DNA of 64,000 nucleotides from Geopsychrobacteraceae bacterium (GCA_963676795.2 CAXXTB010000002.1:155647-219646); one strand, 5' to 3'; shown: positions 28,467-38,719, numbered from the stretch's first letter. Translations and numbers: made by a program. The notes: a model not told the origin generated them from the letters alone.

Positions 28467-30149
28467 TCAGTTCTTCAAGCTGACGACCGGCTCAAGTCTC
28501 ACTCGTGCAGCATAATAGGCCAGGCCATCGACTGCGTCGGTAAGCCGCGCAGGGATGGCGTTGTTGGCCTGTCCCTGTTTCATCGGGACGTTTTTCCAGC
28601 ACATCAGGGTGCCCGGGGCTATATCCGTCGTTATGACGGCCTCGGCGACGAAGCTCCCGGTCGGTCCGGCTATCCGGACCTCATCCCCCTGCTGCAGGGC
28701 AAGGTTCCGGGCATCTTCGGGGTGGATGTGGACCGTCTGGAGCCCCTCTTCCATCCCCGGCAGGATCTGGGAGTTCAGGTAGCTCATATGCGATGAAGTC
28801 AGCAGCTGAAATCCTGCGGCCTGGTCCGGAGCATCCAGGTCCAGTTGCCTGGTCCAGTAGTGTCGTTCAGGAAGTTCGATCCGTTTTAGCTGTGCCTGTG
28901 GCTTCAGCGAAAAGTTCAACTTCAGGCTGTCTGCCAGGAGGGTCGCGGCCGCAAGATCAGACAACTCATCTGTCAACCGTTCTCTCTGGAGATGATGCGG
29001 GAAGAAATAGCTGCCCATGAAATCGTCCTGGGCGAACATGCCGCCGACCTTGAGAAAGAAGTCGGCATGGCGGCTGGTTTCGTCAATTCCGGTGCCGATC
29101 ACCAGGCTCGGCGTGGTTGTCAGGGCCTGCCGCCAGAGGTTGGAATCGGGAAAGGTCATGGCCGGGTTGGCGGCCACGCAGACGAACAGGTCGAAGTCGC
29201 CGTTGACCAACGCTGCAGCGATACGGTCGATATGGACATAACCGGCAAACGACGCTTGCGGCTTTTCCCACAGCCGTTTCGACCCGTGGGTCCAGAACAG
29301 CAGGTCCTGGCTGCCGGTCTTGACCGCCAGGCGGTTGATCCAGCGAAAGGCGTTCATGCCGTTTTGCTGGCGTTGCAGACCGGATCCCTGGATGTGGGCC
29401 ACCCTGCTGTTTTTCAGGAGGGCCAGCAGCAGGTCAAAGTCTTCTCTGCTGATACCGCACTGGCTGATCAGCCGGTCCGGGTCATAGCCGTCCTCAAGCC
29501 CCAGGGCGCAGAGCAGGGCGCAGGCGAGCAGGCCGTCGCAGCCGGGTCTGATCTGGAGGTAATGGTCGGCCAGTTCGGCCGTTGGTGCCCGGAACGGATC
29601 GATGTAGATCAGCTGCTTACCCTGTTTTTTGAGCTGCTTGAGGTAGGTGTAAAGGTGCGGGCTGGTCGCTTTGGCGTTTTTTCCGTAGACCATGATCGCT
29701 TCCGACTTTTCCAGCTCATTGACATCCGGATTGACGACAACGCCAAAATCGGCCTGGTGGGCGGCACTGCCGGTGTCGTCACAGGGCCCTCCGCTGGTTG
29801 CCTGGCAGTTGGGAAATGCCGAGAAGAACAGGTCCCAGCAGGCCATGTTGTAGCCCAGACTGCCCGAACCGCGCAGGTAGAGGATCTTCTTGTCCCGATA
29901 AGTGGCCAGATTCTCTGTCAGCGCATGCAGAGCTTCGCCACTGTTGGCAAATGTCTCCTTCGCTCCATTGTTCAATCGCCAGGACGGTTCACCATTGTTG
30001 ACCTCACGTTCGATGAATGTCCGGAATTTTTGGCAGACAAAGCCGGGAGACGACCAGTCCTGGGCCTGCCCCTGGTAGTTGTAAGGGGAGATCGATGTGA
30101 AACTGACACCACAGAGGTCGGGGCAATCTTTGCTGCAGAAGAAATTCAT
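28467..30149 (-). CDS. molybdopterin (bis-MGD) oxidoreductase-family protein, cytoplasmic, stand-alone
   Basis: N-terminus MNFFCSKDCPDLCGV is an Fe-S Cys cluster at residue 5 with no Tat signal. Molybdopterin-binding-type body and C-terminal beta-barrel-like VHIHPEDARNLALQQGDEVRI. Confidence 0.75.
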   Translation of the reverse strand: MNFFCSKDCPDLCGVSFTSISPYNYQGQAQDWSSPGFVCQKFRTFIEREVNNGEPSWRLNNGAKETFANSGEALHALTENLATYRDKKILYLRGSGSLGYNMACWDLFFSAFPNCQATSGGPCDDTGSAAHQADFGVVVNPDVNELEKSEAIMVYGKNAKATSPHLYTYLKQLKKQGKQLIYIDPFRAPTAELADHYLQIRPGCDGLLACALLCALGLEDGYDPDRLISQCGISREDFDLLLALLKNSRVAHIQGSGLQRQQNGMNAFRWINRLAVKTGSQDLLFWTHGSKRLWEKPQASFAGYVHIDRIAAALVNGDFDLFVCVAANPAMTFPDSNLWRQALTTTPSLVIGTGIDETSRHADFFLKVGGMFAQDDFMGSYFFPHHLQRERLTDELSDLAAATLLADSLKLNFSLKPQAQLKRIELPERHYWTRQLDLDAPDQAAGFQLLTSSHMSYLNSQILPGMEEGLQTVHIHPEDARNLALQQGDEVRIAGPTGSFVAEAVITTDIAPGTLMCWKNVPMKQGQANNAIPARLTDAVDGLAYYAARVRLEPVVSLKN

Positions 30150-30305
30150 CTTTCATCCTGTCAATTCAAGTCGTCGGAACGAGCTGTCGCGCAGTTGTCA
30201 AAATCCTGTCATCTCGCTTTGATAGCGTCCCATTCTAACCTGAATAGACTTCCCTGTCTCGTGAAAGACCAGGAAAATCAATCTGTTAAATTTGATTTAA
30301 TGTTT

Positions 30306-30321
30306 TGGCGCGATTCTCGCT
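30306..30321 (+). promoter_or_regulatory. weak sigma54-like promoter upstream of the AMIN/TPR-flgB operon
   Basis: TGGCGC-gattc-TCGCT; GG-N10-GC spacing correct; about 45 nt upstream of ATG 30363. Confidence 0.3.
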
Positions 30322-30362
30322 AGGAAGATATCCGGATTGTTGTGCTAACCCTGGAGGGCTTG

Positions 30363-32765
30363 ATGAAACAACCTCTTGTCTCGATAAAATGGTTTGGCTG
30401 GTCGCTGCTGTTGATCCTGCTGTTCGCCAGTATGGTTGTGCCGGTTCAGGCGGACCAGGCGCTGACTGCGATGAGCAAGGATGAATCTCCCCATCAGACC
30501 AAACTGATCCTCAAGCTGACGGAGATGCCGGCTTTTGAGTTGCGACACTCCGGTCAGCGGGTCGATCTGGAAATTCAAAACGCTGGTGTCGCACCGAGCC
30601 TGCACAGTCTTCCGGAAGATCAGAGCATCGTCAAAGTGATGCTGGCGAAGAAGCATGATGCGCTACTGATCTCTTATCTGTTACGCCGCCTGCCGCAACA
30701 GGTTGTGGCAGAATCGAAGGACAACCCGCCGCGCATTGAACTGAATATCTACTGGGAGCAGGGGAGTGAGGGGGCCCGCCCCGGTGTCGCTTTCAGAATT
30801 GCCGACCTGCCGCCCCGCAAAGCCGGACCGGGGGTGGCCAAGTCGCTGCTGCGCTCCCCCTGGGAGGATGACTGGCTGGCCTTTTTCGAGGAGTACCGCA
30901 GCCTCTGGACGCTGGATCTGCCCCTGACCTATACACTGCCCAGCCTGCCGCAGCTGATCAGCGATGAGCAGAGCGTACTCTGGCCGTTACAGGACTTTGC
31001 CAACCGGGGGATGTTCCTCAGCCTGTTGCAGGAAGCGACCGCGCTGAGCGACCTGGCGGAAGAAGAACTCTATCTGCGTGATGTCATTGTCGCCGAGGCC
31101 CAGTTGCGCACCGATGCTCTCGAGGCGGCAACGGCCAGGCTCGATGCGTTGCGAGATCTGGGAGGTTCCCAACAGGCCCGTGTCGAATATTTGACAGCCT
31201 ACGCACAGGGAGTTGCCGGTCAGCCGCTCGTCGCTCAATTGACACTCGGTGGCCGGCTCCCCCAGCTCGCGGAACAGGATCCTTTCCTGCCGCTCTATCA
31301 GCTGCTTTACGCGGAAACCTCTCTGGACTCAAAGCAGGACAAGGAGGCTCTCGGGCACCTCGGTAGCGGCATCAACTGGCCGGACAGCCTGTTGTCGATT
31401 GTCGACCTGCGCCGCGCCGATGCCCTCGCCGGGCTCGGTGACATGCAGGCAGCCTCGGAGATCTATACCGATCTGGCGGAAGAACCGGGCCTCTTTGAGC
31501 ATTATCTGTTTTCCTTCAACCGTGCTGCCTTCAATGCCTTCAAGCTGCAAAACTACGAATTTTCCTACCACCTTTACCGCCAACTCGCTGACCTGGCTCT
31601 GGAGCTGCCGGGAAGCGATCTGGTTCTCTATGCTTCGGGGGCGGCGGCCCTTGAATCGGGAGATCTCGGCTGGGGGCTGGTCGGCTTGCAGCGGGCGACC
31701 CTCGATCGACCCGGAAGTGAAGGTGGCGACCGGGCCGAACTGTTGATGATCGATCTGAAGGTCAACAACGATGGGGACATGGCCCTGCTCGATGCGGCCG
31801 ATGCCTATGGCGACCTGGCCCGCCGCTCGAATTCGCGTGCTGTGCGCGAAGAGGCCTATTTCAAACAGGCACTGGCCCATTACCTTCTGGGTGAAAATGT
31901 CCAGAGTGTCGATGAGCTGATGACCTTTAACCGCGATTTCCGCAGCTCTGCACTGCGCCGAGAAGCGGAGCTGCTGCTGGCAAAACAGTTGCCCGGTCTG
32001 ATCCGCAGTCTGATCGATGAGCAGGACGATCTGAAAGCGGTGGTTCTGGTCGAACAGAATCGCAAGCTGTTGCTCAACGACAAGCTGGGCCGGGACTTCC
32101 TTAACGATGTTGCCAAGGCTTTTGACCGCCTTGGGCTCTACGAGCGTGCCACCAAGGTGCTGCTCTATCTCTTCGATCAGAGCAGAGGTAGAGCCGAGCG
32201 CGAGGATCTCTATCTGCCTCTTGCCGAATCCTACCAGAAACAGGGGGAGTACGCGCGGGCCAGTGAGTATTCGGAAAACTATCTGAAGCGTTACCCGAAG
32301 GGAGATGACGCCGGCCCCCATTACCAGATTCTGCTCGACAGTCTGGCCCGCCAGGAGCGCAATCAGGAGCTGCTTGAATGGCTGCGCAAAGGCGATCGCC
32401 CGACATCCGTCGACCTGGAGAAGCGTGCTGCCCAGGCTTACTGGGACCAGGGCGATTACCTGGCGGTTATCGACAGTCTGAACAAGGTCATGCAGATGGG
32501 GGGCGACCTGCAAGTCAAAGAAATGGCACAGCTGGCCGAAGCCAGCTATCAGATCGGTCAGCTGAGCGCTGCCGACAGCTATTATCGGGCCCTTTTTGAA
32601 GATCCTGAATTTTCCTCCCAGGCTCGTTATCGGGTCGCGCAAATAGGCTTGAAATCTGGAGATAAGGCCGAATCACTCAAGCTGTTGGAGAACCTGGTCG
32701 AAAAAGACGGAGTGAGCGGCTGGGGGAAATTGGCCCGGGATTTGCTCTTGGTAGAAAACAGGTAA
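30363..32765 (+). CDS. secreted TPR-repeat protein with possible N-terminal AMIN-like domain; first gene of the flagellar cluster
   Basis: Signal peptide MKQPLVSIKWFGWSLLLILLFASMVVPVQA. TKLILKLTEMPAFELRHSGQRVDLEIQN resembles an AMIN fold. Long TPR-like helical repeats follow. Only 38 nt from flgB. Confidence 0.65.
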   Translation: MKQPLVSIKWFGWSLLLILLFASMVVPVQADQALTAMSKDESPHQTKLILKLTEMPAFELRHSGQRVDLEIQNAGVAPSLHSLPEDQSIVKVMLAKKHDALLISYLLRRLPQQVVAESKDNPPRIELNIYWEQGSEGARPGVAFRIADLPPRKAGPGVAKSLLRSPWEDDWLAFFEEYRSLWTLDLPLTYTLPSLPQLISDEQSVLWPLQDFANRGMFLSLLQEATALSDLAEEELYLRDVIVAEAQLRTDALEAATARLDALRDLGGSQQARVEYLTAYAQGVAGQPLVAQLTLGGRLPQLAEQDPFLPLYQLLYAETSLDSKQDKEALGHLGSGINWPDSLLSIVDLRRADALAGLGDMQAASEIYTDLAEEPGLFEHYLFSFNRAAFNAFKLQNYEFSYHLYRQLADLALELPGSDLVLYASGAAALESGDLGWGLVGLQRATLDRPGSEGGDRAELLMIDLKVNNDGDMALLDAADAYGDLARRSNSRAVREEAYFKQALAHYLLGENVQSVDELMTFNRDFRSSALRREAELLLAKQLPGLIRSLIDEQDDLKAVVLVEQNRKLLLNDKLGRDFLNDVAKAFDRLGLYERATKVLLYLFDQSRGRAEREDLYLPLAESYQKQGEYARASEYSENYLKRYPKGDDAGPHYQILLDSLARQERNQELLEWLRKGDRPTSVDLEKRAAQAYWDQGDYLAVIDSLNKVMQMGGDLQVKEMAQLAEASYQIGQLSAADSYYRALFEDPEFSSQARYRVAQIGLKSGDKAESLKLLENLVEKDGVSGWGKLARDLLLVENR

Positions 32766-32803
32766 TTTGACTCGCCAACAGTAGCGACAGGCAGGAGAGA
32801 CAC

Positions 32804-33217
32804 ATGGCAGATTTTATACTCACCGACCGGACCTTTTCGGTTCTGCAGAAGAGCCTGGATCTTCGTGCTCAGAATCAGGAAGTCATCGCGTCCAACATCG
32901 CCAATGCTGAGACTCCGGGGTACAGCGCGCGCAAAATGCACTTTGAAGAGAATCTGCGCAAAGCGATCGAGACACCGCAACTGGACAGCCGTCAGACAAA
33001 CTCCAAGCACTTCCCGATCGGCGGCAGCAGCATTCAGGCGGTTCAGGGCACTATTGAAAAGGAACTGGAAGCCAGCCCTCTGGGGGACGGCAACAACGTC
33101 TCGATGGATGAGGAAATGTTCGATCTGGCAGAAAACCAGCTGCTCTACGAGGCCGGTGCGCAGATTCTCAAGAAGAAGCTGACCCTGCTAAAGTATGCGG
33201 CCAATAACGGCGGCTAG
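32804..33217 (+). CDS. flgB: flagellar basal-body rod protein FlgB
   Basis: LDLRAQNQEVIASNIANAETPGYSARK rod motif; heads the flgB-flgC-fliE triad. Confidence 0.92.
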   Translation: MADFILTDRTFSVLQKSLDLRAQNQEVIASNIANAETPGYSARKMHFEENLRKAIETPQLDSRQTNSKHFPIGGSSIQAVQGTIEKELEASPLGDGNNVSMDEEMFDLAENQLLYEAGAQILKKKLTLLKYAANNGG

Positions 33218-33225
33218 GAGGTTCT

Positions 33226-33657
33226 ATGGATATCTTTACCAGTATGAAAATCAGCGCTTCGGCGCTAAAGGCCCAGCGGATCCGGATGAATGCGATCAGC
33301 TCCAACCTGGCCAATATCGAGACAACCCGGACGCCGGACGGTGGCCCGTACCGCAAGCGTGAGGTTGTCTTTACCTCAACCCAGCAGGGGTTTGCCGAAC
33401 AGCTCGACAGCCAGATGAGTGATGCCGTGCAGGGGGTCAAGGTAGCTAACGTCCAGGCCAGCAGCCTGCCGCCGCGCATCGTTTACGACCCGACCCATCC
33501 GGATGCCAATGAAAACGGCGAGGTCGCGATGCCCAATATCAGCCTGGTCGAAGAGACGGCCGATATGATGTCGGCATCACGCGCCTACGAAGCGAACGTC
33601 ACGGTTGTTAAGTCGGCCAAGCGCATGGCGCTCAAGGCCCTCGAGATCGGCAAGTAG
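33226..33657 (+). CDS. flgC: flagellar basal-body rod protein FlgC
   Basis: ISSNLANIETTRTPDGGPYRKREVVF... and C-terminal MMSASRAYEANVTVVKSAKRMALKALEIGK. Confidence 0.93.
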   Translation: MDIFTSMKISASALKAQRIRMNAISSNLANIETTRTPDGGPYRKREVVFTSTQQGFAEQLDSQMSDAVQGVKVANVQASSLPPRIVYDPTHPDANENGEVAMPNISLVEETADMMSASRAYEANVTVVKSAKRMALKALEIGK

Positions 33658-33669
33658 AAGGAGTAGTTC

Positions 33670-33972
33670 ATGAACAGTATCGCTGACATTACCATGAAGG
33701 CTCACCTCCAGGGAATGAGCCAGGTCAAGACCAGCCCGATCCAGCAAAGCGCCGACAAATTCGGCGCAGCCCTGCTGAAATCGATCTCCGAGGTGAACCA
33801 GTCGCAGATCAATGCGGACAAGGCCGCCGAGCAGATCGCCGCCGGTGATACCAAGAACCTGCACGAAGCGATGATCAAGCTCGAAGAAGCGGATATCTCA
33901 CTGCGCCTGATGGTGCAGGTTAGAAATAAAGCTGTCGAGGCGTACCAAGAGATTATGAGAATGCAAGTTTGA
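33670..33972 (+). CDS. fliE: flagellar hook-basal body complex protein FliE
   Basis: 100 aa; C-terminal LHEAMIKLEEADISLRLMVQVRNKAVEAYQEIMRMQV. Confidence 0.9.
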   Translation: MNSIADITMKAHLQGMSQVKTSPIQQSADKFGAALLKSISEVNQSQINADKAAEQIAAGDTKNLHEAMIKLEEADISLRLMVQVRNKAVEAYQEIMRMQV

Positions 33973-34073
33973 TGGAGACACCTTAGGTTCCACCATCAAA
34001 GTTATTGCAAAATTGGTTGAAGCACGAATCAGATTGACCCAGGGCAGAGCCAGATAATCGGAGGATGTGACCG

Positions 34074-35696
34074 ATGGCAGACGAAAAGAACGATATCATG
34101 AAAACAGGCGCAGGGGCTGAAGAGAAGGCCGCTGACGTCAAAAAGAACATCATCGACGTCATCAAGGAGTGGCCACTGATGCGCAAGCTCAGTCTGGCCG
34201 GTGCGGTGGTTGTCTGTGTAGTTCTTTTCGGTGTGATTATCGCTCAGTCGCGGGTAGCGGACTACAGCCTGCTGTTCGCCAATCTGCCCAGTCGGGACGC
34301 CGCTACCGTTGTCCAGTGGCTGAAGGACCGCAAGATCCCTTACCGTCTTGATGATGGCGGCCGCGATATCCTGATCCCAGCCGATCAGGTCTATGAGGCA
34401 CGCATCGAGCTGGCCGGTTCCGGTCTGGCCGAAGGCGGAGTCGGTTTCGAGATCTTCGACAAGCAGAGCTTTGGCATGACCGATTTTGCCCAGAAGGTCA
34501 ACTACCGTCGGGCCATGCAGGGCGAACTGCAGCGCACCATTTCCTCGCTGGCTCCGGTTGAATCGGCGCGCATCCATCTGGCGATCCCGGAAAAACGTCT
34601 GTTCCGTGAAGAGCAGCAGGCTGCGACAGCCTCGGTCATCGTCAAGCTTGAGCAGGGCCGTTATCTGACCGAACCTCAGTTGCAGGGGATCGTCCACCTG
34701 GTGGCTGGCAGTGTCGAAGGACTGGAAGCCGAGAATGTCACCGTCGTTGACTCGAGTGGCAAGGTTCTCTCCAAGAGCCGCGCCGATGAACTGGGCGGGC
34801 CGATGACCCCGGGCATGCTGACCTATCAGCAGACCATGGAAAAACGCCTGGAAAGCCGCGCCCAGTCGCTGCTTGACCGTGCTCTCGGAGCCGGCAACTC
34901 GCTGGTCCGGGTCAATGCCGAGCTTGATTTCGATCAGCGTGAACGGGTCGAAGAGGCGCTTGATCCGAAAGGTTCGGTGGTGGTCAGCGAACAGACCAGT
35001 AATGAAGAGGGGGGCGGCGAGGTCTCCCAGGGGGTTCCCGGGGTCGTCTCCAACCTGCAGAACAACGGTGGCTCGACCACGGCCAGAACGCCGGCGAGCC
35101 GTTCCAACGAGACGGTCAATTACGAGCTGAGTAAGGTGGTCAGCAAAACCGTCGAGTCGGTCGGCAGCCTCAAGGCCCTGTCGGTCTCGGTGCTGGTGGC
35201 CGACCGCGTGAGCACGGGTGCCAACCCCGGTGATCCGCCGGTCAGCACGCCGCGCAGCGCCCAGGAACTGCAGGAGATCGAGCAGATGATGCGCAGTGCT
35301 CTGGGGATCAATGACACCCGTGGCGATCTGATTTCTGTCGTATCGATGCCGTTTGAAAGCAGTTTCGAAGAGCAGCTCCCGGCGCCGACCGTGGTCGAGA
35401 AGGTCTATCCCTTCATGCCGCTCATCAAGTATGTGCTGCTGGCGATTGCCGCTCTGTTTGTCTACCTGCTGTTCTTCCGCCCGCTGATGAAAACCCTGCG
35501 TGGTGTCAAGGAAGAGACTCAACCGATGAAAACGGTGGAAGAGCTTGAAGCGGAGCTGCGTGGTGGAGAAGGGCCAGCGTTGCTCGGGACTTCTTCCGAT
35601 CCCCTCGAGCGACTTCGTCAGGAAGTTATGGGAGGAGGTGCCGTGCCTGTTCAGATCATCAAAACCTGGTTGCGTGAAGAAACAGCCGAATCATGA
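34074..35696 (+). CDS. fliF: flagellar MS-ring protein FliF
   Basis: 540 aa; N-terminal TM, LKDRKIPYRLDDGGRDILIPADQVYEARIELAGSGL, second TM near the C-terminus. Confidence 0.93.
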   Translation: MADEKNDIMKTGAGAEEKAADVKKNIIDVIKEWPLMRKLSLAGAVVVCVVLFGVIIAQSRVADYSLLFANLPSRDAATVVQWLKDRKIPYRLDDGGRDILIPADQVYEARIELAGSGLAEGGVGFEIFDKQSFGMTDFAQKVNYRRAMQGELQRTISSLAPVESARIHLAIPEKRLFREEQQAATASVIVKLEQGRYLTEPQLQGIVHLVAGSVEGLEAENVTVVDSSGKVLSKSRADELGGPMTPGMLTYQQTMEKRLESRAQSLLDRALGAGNSLVRVNAELDFDQRERVEEALDPKGSVVVSEQTSNEEGGGEVSQGVPGVVSNLQNNGGSTTARTPASRSNETVNYELSKVVSKTVESVGSLKALSVSVLVADRVSTGANPGDPPVSTPRSAQELQEIEQMMRSALGINDTRGDLISVVSMPFESSFEEQLPAPTVVEKVYPFMPLIKYVLLAIAALFVYLLFFRPLMKTLRGVKEETQPMKTVEELEAELRGGEGPALLGTSSDPLERLRQEVMGGGAVPVQIIKTWLREETAES

Positions 35697-35728
35697 TCTG
35701 TTGTGTTTGATATGGGGAGTATAACAAG

Positions 35729-36742
35729 GTGATGAAAGCAAAAGCTCTGACTGGAGCTCAAAAAGCGGCAATCCTTCTGCTGTGTCTTGGCGAAGAAGTC
35801 TCGGGTAAGATTTTCGAAGCCCTGGATGATAAGGAAGTGCGTGAAATCACCCGTGAGATGATCGCTATCGAACATGTCGACGGGGCCGTGGCGCGGGAAA
35901 TTCTTGAGGAGTACAACAAGGTCCGTGGTGGTGATATCGGCGTTTATGTCCGCGGTGGAGAGTTTGCCAAACATGCGATATTGGGGACCGGGGATCCGAC
36001 CCGCGCCCAGAATCTGCTGGAACAGGTTCATGCCGGGATCGAATCACGTCCTTTGGAAACCATTTCCAAAATGCATCCGCGGATGGTTGCCGGCTTGCTG
36101 GAAAATGAACATCCCCAGACGGTGGCGCTTATTTTGTCGACCCAGAAAGAAGATCTGACCAGCCGGGTCCTTTCTGAAATGCCTGACGATCTGCGCGGTG
36201 AAATCGTCTACCGGATCGCCAAGATTGACACCGTATCACCGGAGGTCATCAATCAGATTGAGGAAGCTCTTCAGCGGGATGTCGGTGTCGCTGTGGGCCG
36301 TGACCAGAAGCAGGTCGGCGGGATCGATAAGGTTGTCGAGATTCTGGCCAAACTGGACAAATCGTCCGAACAGGGGATTCTGACCAGTATTGAAGCGGCT
36401 GATCCTGAAATGGCCGAAGAAATCCGCCGTCATATGTTCACCTTCGAAGATATGGTGATGATCGATAGCCGCGGGATGCAGGCTGTTCTGCGCGAGGTCA
36501 GCACCGATATGCTGACCCTGGCCTTGAAGACGGCCAGCAATGAGATCAAAGAGAAGATTTTTGCCAATATTTCCCAGCGGGCGGCCGATATGATTGCCGA
36601 GGATCTCGAGGCCATGGGGCCACGCAAGCTCTCAGAGGTCGAGGCGATGCAGTCCGAAGTGGTGAGGGTGGCACTGAAGCTGGAAGAAGAAGGAACCATA
36701 GTCATTCCTGGACGAGGTGGTAGCGGCGATGAGCTTGTCTAA
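35729..36742 (+). CDS. fliG: flagellar motor switch protein FliG
   Basis: LTGAQKAAILLLCLGEEVSGKIFEALDDKEVREITREM; FliG middle and C-terminal domains. GTG 35729 or ATG 35732 start. Confidence 0.93.
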   Translation: MMKAKALTGAQKAAILLLCLGEEVSGKIFEALDDKEVREITREMIAIEHVDGAVAREILEEYNKVRGGDIGVYVRGGEFAKHAILGTGDPTRAQNLLEQVHAGIESRPLETISKMHPRMVAGLLENEHPQTVALILSTQKEDLTSRVLSEMPDDLRGEIVYRIAKIDTVSPEVINQIEEALQRDVGVAVGRDQKQVGGIDKVVEILAKLDKSSEQGILTSIEAADPEMAEEIRRHMFTFEDMVMIDSRGMQAVLREVSTDMLTLALKTASNEIKEKIFANISQRAADMIAEDLEAMGPRKLSEVEAMQSEVVRVALKLEEEGTIVIPGRGGSGDELV

Positions 36743-37406
36743 AATCTACAGAGGAGAACAGGCCGCCGGCCTGAGAGCATTTCAGTTCGCCTCATTCGGT
36801 GAGGGGGCCGTTCAACAGTGTGCGGAACCGGCTGAGTTTGTTGCCGATGGCAGTCAGCAGGTCATGAACGCGGAGCCGTTTGAGCCAGCGGCGCCGGGAC
36901 ACAGTGCTGAAGAGCTCGAAGAGGCTTACGCCAAGGGCGTAAGCGATGGCCTGGAGCAGGCCCGCCTGCAGTTCGGTGACAGTGCTCAGTCTCTGGCCGA
37001 TGCGGCGACCCAGCTCAGTCGCCTGCGCGACGATCTGGCCCGCAACAGCTCACAGGATATGCTGCGTCTGGTGATGGCTATTGCCGAACAGGTCATCCGC
37101 CGCGAGGCCCAGTCAGGTGCTGACGTGGTGCTCAAGATCATTGAGCATGCCCTGCAGTCCTCGGTGCGGGCCGACCAGTACCGGGTCAAGGTCAATCCTG
37201 ACGATCTTGACAAGGTCGTCGAAAACAAGCCGCTCTTTCTGGCCAGTATCGGTGGCCTGAAAAACCTCTCCGTTGAAGCCGATCCCGCTGTTTCACAAGG
37301 CGGCTGTCTGGTCGAGTCGGAGCTGGGGGAGGTCGATGCGACCATCGAAACCCAGCTGTCTTCCATTCGGCAGGTTCTCGATGAGGCGATCGCGGCGAAA
37401 CGATGA
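36729..37406 (+). CDS. fliH: flagellar export-ATPase regulator FliH
   Basis: Between fliG and fliI. C-terminal ...PAVSQGGCLVESELGEVDATIETQLSSI is typical of FliH. ATG after GAGGTGG. Confidence 0.85.
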   Translation: MSLSKIYRGEQAAGLRAFQFASFGEGAVQQCAEPAEFVADGSQQVMNAEPFEPAAPGHSAEELEEAYAKGVSDGLEQARLQFGDSAQSLADAATQLSRLRDDLARNSSQDMLRLVMAIAEQVIRREAQSGADVVLKIIEHALQSSVRADQYRVKVNPDDLDKVVENKPLFLASIGGLKNLSVEADPAVSQGGCLVESELGEVDATIETQLSSIRQVLDEAIAAKR

Positions 37407-38719
37407 GATCCCTGGTCGATTGCGTCAAAGCTGTCAATCCGCTCAAGGTCAGCGGCAAGGTTATCCAGATCGTCGGGCTGGTCGTCGAAGGCTACTGTCC
37501 GACAGCGACGGTCGGCACCCTCTGTCAGCTGATTCCTCTCGGCGGCGGTGAGCCGGTTCCTGCCGAGGTGGTCGGTTTTCGCGATTCCAAGGCATTGCTG
37601 ATGCCGCTTGGCGAGCTGCGGGGCCTGGGGCCGGGCAGTCTGATCCAGGTGGTGCGCGACCGGGCGACGCTCAATGTCGGCAATCAGCTGTTAGGCAGGG
37701 TTCTCGACGCCCTCGGTCAGCCGCTCGATGAGCTGCCGATACCATTCTGTCCTGATGAAATGCCGCTCTACGCGCTGCCGCCAGGTCCCATGGCGCGCAA
37801 GCCGATCAAAGAGCCGCTCGATCTCGGCGTGCGCGCGATCAACGGTCTGTTGACCTGCGGCATCGGCCAGCGGATGGGGATCATGGCCGGTTCCGGGGTC
37901 GGCAAGTCGGTGCTGCTCGGTATGATGGCCAAGCACACGGTCGCTGATGTCAACGTCATCGCCCTGATCGGTGAGCGTGGCCGTGAAGTCCGCGAGTTCC
38001 TCGAGCGCGATCTTGGCCCCGAAGGGGTTGCGCGCTCGGTGGTTATCTGTGCGACCTCCGACCAGTCGCCGCTGCTCAGGATGCGTGGCGCCTTTGTCGC
38101 CACAACCGTTGCCGAGTATTTCTGCAGGCAGGGGAAAAACGTTCTGCTGCTGATGGATTCGGTCACCCGTTTCGCCATGGCGATGCGCGAGGTCGGTCTG
38201 GCGATCGGCGAGCCGCCGACCACCAAGGGCTATACCCCGTCGGTCTTCGCCACCCTGCCGAAACTGCTCGAGCGTGCCGGCAGCTTTTCCGGCCAGGGGA
38301 GTATCACCGGGCTCTATACGGTACTGGTCGAAGGGGACGATATGAATGAGCCGATCGCCGACTCGGTCCGCTCCATCCTCGATGGTCACATCGTGCTATC
38401 CCGTGATCTGGCCGCCCGTAACCATTTCCCGGCGATCGACGTGCTGCGCTCGGCCAGTCGGGTCATGCGCGATATCGTGCCGGAGGAGCATATGCAGGCC
38501 GGTGGCCAGGCCCGTGAGATTCTGGCGACCTACAAGGAGGCGGAAGACCTGATCAATATCGGCGCCTACGCCGAAGGGAGCAACAAGCGGATCGATTACG
38601 CCATCTCCAGGATCGAGGCGGTCAACGGGTTTCTCAAGCAGGGAATGAACGACGCTGTCGACCTGGAAACCACTCTGGCCGAGCTGACTGAGCTGCTGCT
38701 CGACCGCAGGCGGGGGTAA
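37403..38719 (+). CDS. fliI: flagellum-specific ATPase FliI
   Basis: Walker A GSGVGKSVLLGMM, Walker B VLLLMDSVTRFAMA, F1/YscN-like. Confidence 0.95.
   Translation: MRSLVDCVKAVNPLKVSGKVIQIVGLVVEGYCPTATVGTLCQLIPLGGGEPVPAEVVGFRDSKALLMPLGELRGLGPGSLIQVVRDRATLNVGNQLLGRVLDALGQPLDELPIPFCPDEMPLYALPPGPMARKPIKEPLDLGVRAINGLLTCGIGQRMGIMAGSGVGKSVLLGMMAKHTVADVNVIALIGERGREVREFLERDLGPEGVARSVVICATSDQSPLLRMRGAFVATTVAEYFCRQGKNVLLLMDSVTRFAMAMREVGLAIGEPPTTKGYTPSVFATLPKLLERAGSFSGQGSITGLYTVLVEGDDMNEPIADSVRSILDGHIVLSRDLAARNHFPAIDVLRSASRVMRDIVPEEHMQAGGQAREILATYKEAEDLINIGAYAEGSNKRIDYAISRIEAVNGFLKQGMNDAVDLETTLAELTELLLDRRRG

Noticed and set aside
30150-30340. A Moco riboswitch was expected upstream (minus strand) of the molybdoenzyme gene.
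   Set aside because: I could not find the conserved Moco-motif boxes in the leader, only a generic hairpin.
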